From Syntrophomonadaceae bacterium (GTDB lineage: Bacteria; Bacillota; Dethiobacteria; DTU022; PWGO01): 53,490 bases of DNA. The stretch is from assembly GCA_003550565.1 (NCBI GenBank), contig PUKQ01000096.1, forward strand, positions 1 to 53,490. Direction: 5' to 3'. The notes under the pieces are model-generated. The model made no database searches and was not told the origin of the DNA. It saw nothing but the letters and a program-made list of their open reading frames with translations. Below, in pieces: positions 46,486 to 53,490 of the stretch; position 1 is the stretch's first letter; every line of letters begins with the position of its first letter. Made by a program: the position numbers and the translations under genes.

Positions 46486-47850
46486 CTAGTTTACTGCGGC
46501 CCGAAGGATGTTTGCTGCTATGGGCGCGGCAACCCTCAAGCCGGAGCCGCTGTTTTCCACTATTACCACAAAAGCAAGTGGATAATCTTCCCGGTCAAGA
46601 TATCCCGCAAACCAGGCATGGGGAAGTTTGCCCTCGCCTACCTCTGCGGTGCCGGTTTTGGCGCAAAGTTCAAGCCCTTTGAAATTCCACTCTCCATAAG
46701 TACTTGTGACATTATTTCTCATCATCCTCCCGAGCTTTTCGGCTGTTTTCGGAGGTATTATGCGTTCTTTTTTAATCAGAGGCCTAATAAGAGATGCAAA
46801 AGAACCTTCGTCAGAGAGTAAACTGGGTGGTACTCTAACACCTCCATTTGCGATAGCTCCCATGAAGGCCATAAAATTTAGCGGATTTGCCGTGTTAGTA
46901 TATTGCCCAATGCCGGCCCAGGCCAAGTTTGCGCCTTCTGCATCAGATAGATCTACACGTCCCATACCGGTTTGTATACCGTCCACATGCATTGTTGAGT
47001 TAAAACCGGCCGCATTTGCATAATCCTGTAATGTTTTTGAGCCAAGTTCAAGAGATATTTGGGCAAAAGTGGTATTGCAAGAAGTTGCCAGTGCTTGCTC
47101 TAAAGTGACTTCACCGCAAGGTGTAAGGCAACTTACTATATCTTCGCCTATTTGTATTTTTCCTTCACATTTATAAACTTTTTCTTTAACATGGGGAATA
47201 TGATCAATTGCCGCCGCTGTGGTTACCAACTTAAATATAGAACCGGGAACATAAACCGACGAAAGCAACCGGTTAATGTAAACACCTTCGTGCCTTGGAT
47301 CATCAAACGGTATATTCCCGGGATGTGCCGGGTCAAATGAAGGAGTGCTAACCATGCAAATTATTTCTCCTGTTTCATAATTATAGATGCCCACCGCGCC
47401 CTTGTGCCCGGCAAGTTCTCTGTATGCTGTGGCGCACAATTGGGCATCGAGATTAAGAGTGATATCATTACCGGATGTGTTCATATCATCAAATTCATAT
47501 ACTCCATTGAAGAAATTCCAACCGCTCAATCGATCTCGGAAGGCAACTAGTGCTCCGGTTGCCACATTGTCATTCAGGTCTCCTGTTGCATGCATAACAG
47601 CAGTGCGAATTGTTGTATCTTCATGGAAATTTATATTTCCTTCTATCATTTCTAAAAGCAATCTGCCCGAACGGTCATAAATATTACCTGTGGTATTCAA
47701 TTTGCCATCAGTATATAAGTGCCTGTTAGAAGAATGCTGCACCCATGTAGAAGCATTATTGATATAATTACCCAGAAATAATACAAGTCCCGTTAAAAGT
47801 AATAACGAGAAAATAAATAAAATGGCGGAACGCCTTATAATAAGCTTCAT
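46486..47850 (-). CDS. Class B penicillin-binding protein (transpeptidase; PBP2/PbpA-like)
   Basis: 454 aa. N-terminal TM anchor. The SxxK (PGSIFK), SxN (TSCNT) and KTG (AKTGTAE) motifs appear in order. It overlaps the upstream SEDS gene by 4 nt. Confidence 0.85.
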   Translation of the reverse strand: MKLIIRRSAILFIFSLLLLTGLVLFLGNYINNASTWVQHSSNRHLYTDGKLNTTGNIYDRSGRLLLEMIEGNINFHEDTTIRTAVMHATGDLNDNVATGALVAFRDRLSGWNFFNGVYEFDDMNTSGNDITLNLDAQLCATAYRELAGHKGAVGIYNYETGEIICMVSTPSFDPAHPGNIPFDDPRHEGVYINRLLSSVYVPGSIFKLVTTAAAIDHIPHVKEKVYKCEGKIQIGEDIVSCLTPCGEVTLEQALATSCNTTFAQISLELGSKTLQDYANAAGFNSTMHVDGIQTGMGRVDLSDAEGANLAWAGIGQYTNTANPLNFMAFMGAIANGGVRVPPSLLSDEGSFASLIRPLIKKERIIPPKTAEKLGRMMRNNVTSTYGEWNFKGLELCAKTGTAEVGEGKLPHAWFAGYLDREDYPLAFVVIVENSGSGLRVAAPIAANILRAAVN

Positions 47851-49631
47851 GATCTATCACCTTCTTTAATGTAATATTTTTTTGTTTTAGGTCTTAGGCG
47901 TTCATCAGCGGATTTGATAAGAGCAAGAAGCCCCCATGAAGCAATCATGGAAGAGCCACCTCTTGAAATAAAAGGTATGGTTATTCCCGTGAGGGGAAGT
48001 ACATCTACCGACCCCAGGACATTTAAAGCAGTTTGGATTAAGAAGATGGAAGCAGCTCCACACGCGGCAATTGCATAAAAGGAGGATCGGCATTTTTTGG
48101 TAAGAAGCAGGGCATAAATAGAAAAAAATACAATAATAAAAACTGCAATAAACGCTATGAGAAGTCCCCATTCTTCGCATAGCATCCCAAAAACCAGGTC
48201 AGTATCGGCAGCAGCGATGCCGGAAAGATAGCCATTGCCGCCTCCTACCCCTATAAGCCCTCCGCTGGCAGCGGCTATCATGGTTTGAGTTTGCTGGTAG
48301 CCGATGGTGTACGCATGATCCCATACATTGCCCCATGCTTCCAAACGAGTAGCTATGTATGGGATAAACGACGTTACTGCAATTGCTCCCAGTACAGCTC
48401 CCGATGATGTTAAAGCAATAGTTCGCAAATCTCCGGAACGCATGAATGCGATGACAATAAAAGCCCCAAAAAAAACTACTACCATGCCGAAATCTCTCAT
48501 AAGCACTAAAGAACCGACACATATTGCGGTGAACCCTATAAAAGCGGTCATGTTGCGGACAGTAAGAAGCCTGTCCAGGGTTGCCGTGCCGGCCATTATG
48601 AATGCAATTTTCACGAATTCCGACGGTTGGAAGGTTATAAAACCAAGGTCTATCCAGCGTTTTGCGCCAAAACGTACTTCTCCTATCGTTAGATTTAAAA
48701 CCAGCAGAACTAAAGCAGATGCTACCAGTATATATTTTAGCCTGTTTGCGCGTCCCAGGTCTCGAATAATTGCCTCAATTGCCATATAAACAGCAATTCC
48801 GAAAACAATGGCTAAAAGCTGGGTAAAAAGAGAATGAGGCGCAGCAGAGGCTACAATAAGTAAATTTAAACCACAAAGAAAGAAACAAAGTAGTTCCAGC
48901 TCAAAATATTTTCGGCTGTATTGGCGCGTAATGAAATAAAACAAGCATTCTACAAAAATGAACAAAAGAAAAACCTGCGGTATTATAGGATTTAAATTAT
49001 CTCCCATAGAAAGACAAACCTGCAGGCAGCCCAACGCCTGGAAAAGTAAAATTAAGAAGAAAGTTACACCTGTTTTCACCTGTTTGCTCGAGGAGATAAA
49101 ACTAGAAATAATATCTAATTGAGGGGCCTGTCCCGCTTCTTTTTCGCCCGGGAACAGTACCATTTCTTTTCCGCCTAAGGAAATAACATCACCGGGAGTT
49201 AATGATGCCGTTTTTTCGATTTTTTCCCCATTAACCTTTACTCCGTTTTTGGAATTCAAGTCGGTAATAAACCAGGTGCCATCACGAAAAGTAAGTACGG
49301 CATGGTTTTTTGAAATATAAGGTAGATTTATTACAATATCGGAGGAGTTGCTCCGCCCGATGGAATTTTCCCAGTGTTTAATAGGAGTTTTGGCGCCGCC
49401 CCTTGAGTAAAGATATCCCCAAACAGCTTTTTGTTTTCTAACTTGCAAGAGCGGAAGGATGCAACGCCATAGTATGGTAATTGCCAGTAGAGGCAAAATC
49501 CATCGAATTATCAATGTAAAAATTGCGGAAGGCAATTCCAAATTCATAATTTCCATAGTTGCAGAAATATCAGCAATGCTATTTATACACGAATCCCAAA
49601 TTTGCTTCAAAGATTCACCCAAATTATTCAT
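47847..49631 (-). CDS. FHA domain fused to SEDS glycosyltransferase (FtsW/RodA/SpoVE family)
   Basis: 594 aa. N-terminal hydrophobic segment. FHA core: IGRSNSSDIVINLPYISKNHAVLTFRDGTWFITDLNSKNGVKVNGEKI. About 10 TM helices follow with the SEDS motif FQPSEFVKIAFIM. Confidence 0.85.
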   Translation of the reverse strand: MNNLGESLKQIWDSCINSIADISATMEIMNLELPSAIFTLIIRWILPLLAITILWRCILPLLQVRKQKAVWGYLYSRGGAKTPIKHWENSIGRSNSSDIVINLPYISKNHAVLTFRDGTWFITDLNSKNGVKVNGEKIEKTASLTPGDVISLGGKEMVLFPGEKEAGQAPQLDIISSFISSSKQVKTGVTFFLILLFQALGCLQVCLSMGDNLNPIIPQVFLLFIFVECLFYFITRQYSRKYFELELLCFFLCGLNLLIVASAAPHSLFTQLLAIVFGIAVYMAIEAIIRDLGRANRLKYILVASALVLLVLNLTIGEVRFGAKRWIDLGFITFQPSEFVKIAFIMAGTATLDRLLTVRNMTAFIGFTAICVGSLVLMRDFGMVVVFFGAFIVIAFMRSGDLRTIALTSSGAVLGAIAVTSFIPYIATRLEAWGNVWDHAYTIGYQQTQTMIAAASGGLIGVGGGNGYLSGIAAADTDLVFGMLCEEWGLLIAFIAVFIIVFFSIYALLLTKKCRSSFYAIAACGAASIFLIQTALNVLGSVDVLPLTGITIPFISRGGSSMIASWGLLALIKSADERLRPKTKKYYIKEGDRS

Positions 49632-49965
49632 AAAATACCCTTTTTATAATGGAATTTTTACTTGATGCATTTAGCCTATGTCAATACTATTATACTAAAT
49701 ATTGGAGTTTATTATATTGGTAGATGAGAATTTTTATTATGTTTATTTTTTAACAAATTCTGATGTGGGTTATATTATTTAGTTTGCCGGAAAGGTTGAA
49801 AATTTTTAATTGCAAGGAGAAAAACTTGGTAGATTAAAATACCCTGACACCTTTTGACATGATAGATCTTTAAATTTGTGTAATATTTATATATTATTAA
49901 GAATACAGTTAACAAGAAAGTTAAGATGTTTAAGACTGCGAGGTGAATGAAGAACTTATAAAAGA

Positions 49966-50007
49966 AATAAAAAAAGAAAGAGTTAGCTATGCGTAGCTTC
50001 CTCTTTC
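49966..50007 (-). terminator. Rho-independent terminator downstream of the lipoprotein gene
   Basis: The plus strand reads GAAAGAG-tt-AGCTA-tgcg-TAGCT-tc-CTCTTTC (49976-50007), preceded by a run of 7 A. On the minus strand this is a 12-bp interrupted stem followed by TTTTTTT. Confidence 0.65.
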
Positions 50008-50041
50008 CTTTTATAAATAATTTAGCAATGTTAGTGTTCAA

Positions 50042-50614
50042 TCAGTCTTCAAAATAAACTACTGTGAATGCCGTTTGGCTCCCTTCCAGCCACTCGGCTT
50101 CAAAGTCCTGGGGGGTGCGAATCAAGATTGAAGGAAGATTAAGAGCATAGGTTTCACTTAATTGGTCGGCATCGCCTTGCCAAAGAACATAATCATAGCT
50201 TGCATGATCTACTTTTTCAGAATGCCATCCATCCATTTGTTCCTGGTAAAAATTGTAGACGTCCTCGGGAGGATCGGTTGCTAAAAGAAAGATGTCAGTG
50301 CTTTTTGGAGTTTCACCTGACCAACCAATACCGAAAGCGTGTGAGCCGGGGTAATGGGGATACGGCACCTCGTCTTCAGCAGGTAAGTTTTCTACTACAA
50401 GGTGGGGACAGTCAGCCGGTGGAGCCCAAAGATCCGAAGGAGCTGATGGGGCAGTGTCTGGTGTATCTTCAACTTCACCTGCATCAACATCAGCAACTTC
50501 TTCCAGTTCATCACTGATTTCAGCTGTTTCTTCACTGCTGCAACCGATAAAAGCTACTAATAAAATTAATAAGATGCTCATACAAAATAATTGCTTGAAA
50601 CGAATAAATCTCAT
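50042..50614 (-). CDS. Lipoprotein with acidic N-terminal linker, unknown function
   Basis: MRFIRFKQLFCMSILLILLVAFIGC has a lipobox (FIGC) after an h-region. ATG at 50614 lies 8 nt after GGAGGG. The ORF track extends to 50656. Confidence 0.65.
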   Translation of the reverse strand: MRFIRFKQLFCMSILLILLVAFIGCSSEETAEISDELEEVADVDAGEVEDTPDTAPSAPSDLWAPPADCPHLVVENLPAEDEVPYPHYPGSHAFGIGWSGETPKSTDIFLLATDPPEDVYNFYQEQMDGWHSEKVDHASYDYVLWQGDADQLSETYALNLPSILIRTPQDFEAEWLEGSQTAFTVVYFED

Positions 50615-50962
50615 CTTACTTTCCCTCCTATATCTTTTTTTTCTTGCCCGGGTCACAATAAATACGGCTGAAGTGAGAAAATTTTAACATAAATTTTACA
50701 CTGCGTCAAAAGAATTCAACAAAAAGGTGACACGAGTTTGTCACTTAGATTATTTAAAATATCATTTAATATGGAAAAACATGAATAAAGCATGGTTAAT
50801 TGTAATTATTTTATTTGTTACAAAAGGTTTATGAAAGAATTGTTCTTATATTTGGGGGGTCAAAGTCGCTATGGTTTGTCTTTTTTAAAAATAATAAGTT
50901 AAGGATTGTAAATTTTTGCATTAAGGATAATAGGTATTATTCTATTTAAAGGAGGTAAATCT

Positions 50963-53275
50963 ATGAGTTCTTTTGTGCACCTGCATGTCCATTCGGAATA
51001 TAGCCTTTTGGATGGGGCCATAAGGCTCCAACAACTTGCTTCTAAAACTGCGGAACTCGGTATGCCGGCAGTAGCCCTGACGGATCACCATGGGTTGTAT
51101 GGGGTTGTTAATTTTTATCAAAAAGCCTTAGCGGCAGGTGTAAAACCTATTGTGGGTTGTGAAATGTGTGTTTCTTCTGCTTCTTCCTTGGATGGGTATT
51201 ATGAAGAAAATACTTTGCCTCATCTGGTTTTGCTGGCCAGAACCATGGAGGGGTACCGAAACCTTATGCAGTTGGTTACTTTGGGATCTTGTGAGGGCCA
51301 AAACCATACGCCTCTTGTAAACAATGAAAAATTGAAGAGCCATGCTGACGGGATTACGGCTTTGAGTGGGTGTATGGCCGGGGAGATTCCCCGGCTTATA
51401 TTACACGATCAATTAGAAGAAGCGGAGAACATTGCTACCTTTTATGCTTCTGTTTTTGGAGATAACCATTTCTATCTCGAAATGCAGGATCATGGATTAC
51501 CCGGCCAGGCGAAAATTAATGAAGGACTGGTAGAAATCTCCCAAAAGCAGGGAATTCCCCTGGTAGCTACCAACAATGCTCATTATTTGGAAAAAGAAGA
51601 TAATAAAGCTTATGATGTTTTACTTTGTTTGAAGGAAGGAAAGATGATATATGATAAAGAAAGCCTAAGCTATAATTCATGTGAACTTTACCTGAAAAGC
51701 CCGTCAGAAATGCAGGAAATATTTAATAATTATTCCGAAGCATTAAAAAACACCATGGAGATTGCCGAAGACTGCAGTTTAAATTTGGAAGTCAGTTCTC
51801 CTTCCGTGATAGGAATCAATTTGCCGTCAGGCCAAACAGAAATTGAGTTTCTGCGACAGATTTGTACCCAAGGACTGTCATGGCGCTATAAATGGGCGAA
51901 TAATTCTCTGCAGAAAAGGTTGGATTACGAATTAAAGGTAATTGAGCAGATGGATTGCGCCGGTTATTTCCTGACTTTATGGGATATTGTACGTTATGCC
52001 CGTGAAAGGGATATTCAAATTGGCCCTGGCAGGGGATCGGCGGTAGGAAGTTTGGTAAATTACTGCCTTGGTATTACCGAGATAGATCCCATAAAACATG
52101 ATCTGGTTTTTGAATGTTTTTTTAATCCCACTTTGGTTAACATGCCAGATGTAACTATAGATATAAACGGTAAAAGGCGGGACGAAGTTATCGAATATAT
52201 GGAAAAAAAGTATGGAGAAGACAGGGTAGCACATATTATTCATTTTGGAGTTATGAGAAGCCGATTGGCGGTCAAAGCTGTGGGAAGGGTTTTAAATGTC
52301 CCCACGGCAACCCTGAAGCATATCATAGGGCTAATTCCCAATGAACCGGGGATGACCATTAGAAAAGCATTGGAGATCAGCCCGGAACTCCAATCTTATT
52401 ATGAAAATGAAGAACACAGGGAATTGCTGGATATATCCCTTGCTCTGGAGGGATTGCCTCGGAATGCTGTTGCTCAAGGAAAGGGGGTTGTTGTTGCCGG
52501 CGAACCTTTAGTTAAGCGCGTGCCTTTACAAAAATTAAATACAGGTAATAGAGTAGTCCAATTTCCGGAGCAGAAGCTAAAAGATATGGGGCTTGTTAAA
52601 TTTAATATCCAAAGCTTAAAAATTCTAAAGTATATGGAAGAAGCCCTCAAAAACATAAAACATCGGCGGGGAAAACAAATAAACATAAACATGATACCTC
52701 TAGATGACAAAAATACTTATCATTACCTCGTGGGAAGGGAAACTGAGGGAATATTCCTTTTAGCAAAGAAAGATATAAAAAATTTTTTGCGGGAATTAAG
52801 ACCAAATAATTTTCGCGAATTAACAGCAGCAGTTGCTCTTTGCCGTCCCGGGGTCTATGATCAAACTGCTGATTTCGCAAAAATAAAATATAGAAGCTTT
52901 TCCCTAAAAAATATTCCCGATAATGTGGTAAAACTCCTTCGAGAAACTTATGGTGTAATTGTTTACCAGGAACAAATTATGCAGATTGCTGCTGAAATTG
53001 CCGGCTTTCCATTAAGACAGGCTCATTTAATGCAGAGAGCTTTGAGTAGTAATCATTCTGAAGAACTTGGACATTATAGAAAACAATTTATAAAGGGAGC
53101 TAGCGCTAAAGGATATAAGCCTGAAGAGGGAGAAAGCACTTTCCAGTATTTGAAAATACATGCCCCATATGTTTATAATAAATCACAAGCAACTGCCTAT
53201 GCCTTTTTGATATATCAAACAGCTTATATAAAAGCTAACTATCCCGAGGAGTATAAAGCAGCATTATCAGTTTAA
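50963..53275 (+). CDS. DnaE (Pol III alpha, C-family polymerase) homologue, C-terminally truncated, with substituted catalytic residues
   Basis: 770 aa. PHP start: FVHLHVHSEYSLLDGA. Also HLVLLARTMEGYRNL, YFLTLWDIV and GPGRGSAVGSLVNYCLGIT. The palm motif reads MPDVTIDIN (canonical PDxDxDF), and KFNIQSLKIL replaces K-x-DFLGL. It ends at YPEEYKAALSV, just after the fingers-domain YP..F.AA motif. No beta-clamp-binding, OB or tau-binding region follows. The RBS is strong: AAAGGAGGT. Confidence 0.85.
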   Translation: MSSFVHLHVHSEYSLLDGAIRLQQLASKTAELGMPAVALTDHHGLYGVVNFYQKALAAGVKPIVGCEMCVSSASSLDGYYEENTLPHLVLLARTMEGYRNLMQLVTLGSCEGQNHTPLVNNEKLKSHADGITALSGCMAGEIPRLILHDQLEEAENIATFYASVFGDNHFYLEMQDHGLPGQAKINEGLVEISQKQGIPLVATNNAHYLEKEDNKAYDVLLCLKEGKMIYDKESLSYNSCELYLKSPSEMQEIFNNYSEALKNTMEIAEDCSLNLEVSSPSVIGINLPSGQTEIEFLRQICTQGLSWRYKWANNSLQKRLDYELKVIEQMDCAGYFLTLWDIVRYARERDIQIGPGRGSAVGSLVNYCLGITEIDPIKHDLVFECFFNPTLVNMPDVTIDINGKRRDEVIEYMEKKYGEDRVAHIIHFGVMRSRLAVKAVGRVLNVPTATLKHIIGLIPNEPGMTIRKALEISPELQSYYENEEHRELLDISLALEGLPRNAVAQGKGVVVAGEPLVKRVPLQKLNTGNRVVQFPEQKLKDMGLVKFNIQSLKILKYMEEALKNIKHRRGKQININMIPLDDKNTYHYLVGRETEGIFLLAKKDIKNFLRELRPNNFRELTAAVALCRPGVYDQTADFAKIKYRSFSLKNIPDNVVKLLRETYGVIVYQEQIMQIAAEIAGFPLRQAHLMQRALSSNHSEELGHYRKQFIKGASAKGYKPEEGESTFQYLKIHAPYVYNKSQATAYAFLIYQTAYIKANYPEEYKAALSV

Positions 53276-53360
53276 AGTAAGCTTTTTATTTCCCATATCA
53301 GCTCAAACCTGTGGCCCCTAATTGATTAACTTTTACCCTTCGGGAGCGTTGGTAACGGTA

Positions 53361-53490
53361 TTACTTGCAAGCGTTAAGCCGCTTATTAACATTTTCCCAG
53401 TTAACCAGGTTCCACCAAGCTTCGATGAACTCTGCTTTTTTGTTCTGGTATTGCAGGTAGAAAGCATGTTCCCAAAGATCAATAACTAAA
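53361..53490 (-). CDS. Fe/Mn superoxide dismutase, 3' end only (gene continues beyond window)
   Basis: This is not in the ORF track because it is too short. Reverse-strand translation from 53489 gives LVIDLWEHAFYLQYQNKKAEFIEAWWNLVNWENVNKRLNACK-stop. That matches the D-x-WEHAYYLxYxN...W..VNW C-terminal signature. Confidence 0.85.
   Translation of the reverse strand, partial: LVIDLWEHAFYLQYQNKKAEFIEAWWNLVNWENVNKRLNACK

Noticed and set aside
49775-50041. 88-aa minus-strand ORF directly abutting the lipoprotein stop codon
   Set aside because: It has a TTG start and no RBS. Its Phe/Ile/Lys/Tyr-rich composition simply mirrors AT-rich DNA. It also reads straight through the strong terminator hairpin at 49966-50007. 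It is most likely noncoding promoter and terminator space.
50657-50962. LexA/SOS (Cheo box) control of the DnaE-like gene
   Set aside because: I found no GAAC-N4-GTTC-type site. The nearest resemblance, GAAAGAATTGTTC, has the wrong spacing and half-site.
1-53490. CRISPR arrays, tRNA/rRNA genes, transposases, integrases, prophage or known defence-system genes
   Set aside because: I saw no spaced direct-repeat arrays, no cloverleaf-like or rRNA-like segments in the intergenic regions, and no ORF with recombinase, nuclease-helicase or defence hallmarks. The window reads as core and accessory metabolism, not a mobile or defence island.

Overview
This is a 53.5 kb, low-GC, gene-dense chromosomal segment of about 40 CDS. 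It looks like an anaerobic Firmicutes/Clostridia-type genome. That call is inference from GGAGG ribosome-binding sites and gene content: Wood-Ljungdahl metVF, PolX, LepA, a SEDS-bPBP pair, flavodoxin and 2-hydroxyacyl-CoA-dehydratase-family proteins. I recognised no rRNA, tRNA, CRISPR array, transposase, integrase or phage genes, so it does not read as a mobile or defence island.

Blocks in order:
- (1) 2-7536: a tightly coupled five-gene operon. It encodes a NuoG/Fdh-like Fe-S subunit with the catalytic dyad lost, a NuoE-like subunit, a NuoF-GltD/NfnB fusion flavoprotein, MetV and MetF.
- (2) 7552-12948, minus strand: a 1360-aa PPDK-like dikinase-type protein that lacks the PEP/pyruvate TIM barrel and carries an ~860-aa unknown N-terminal region. 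A long GAPDH-family gene follows it.
- (3) 13226-16983: a lone dehydratase-family protein, a flavodoxin, a 570-nt noncoding gap and a membrane metallophosphoesterase.
- (4) 17142-31389: a LacI-regulated sugar-acid (glucuronide/hexuronate) island. It has ThuA/Gfo-type genes, a Zn-ADH, an SdhA/AprA-like flavoprotein plus a DHODH-like Fe-S protein, eda, kdgK, a GPH transporter, an 833-aa unknown protein and uxaC. It has no uxuAB/uxaAB.
- (5) 31633-44468: housekeeping and envelope genes. These are a prenol-kinase-like protein, PolX, a dehydratase-family pair, LepA, a PgaB-like deacetylase/GH-like protein, and a second prenol-kinase-like gene placed divergently from a geranylgeranyl-reductase-like gene.
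- (6) 44595-53490: a DUF2769-like Cys-rich protein, an acidic repeat membrane protein, a bPBP plus FHA-RodA fusion, a lipoprotein, a 770-aa DnaE homologue and the 3' end of an Fe/Mn superoxide dismutase. The DnaE homologue is C-terminally truncated, and two of its three catalytic carboxylates are substituted.

The strongest candidates for undescribed biology are the PPDK-like/GAPDH-like pair, the MetFV-linked NuoEFG/GltD redox module, the flavoprotein/DHODH-like pair in the uronate island, and the degenerate DnaE. All functional calls rest on motif recognition by eye. No database search was run.
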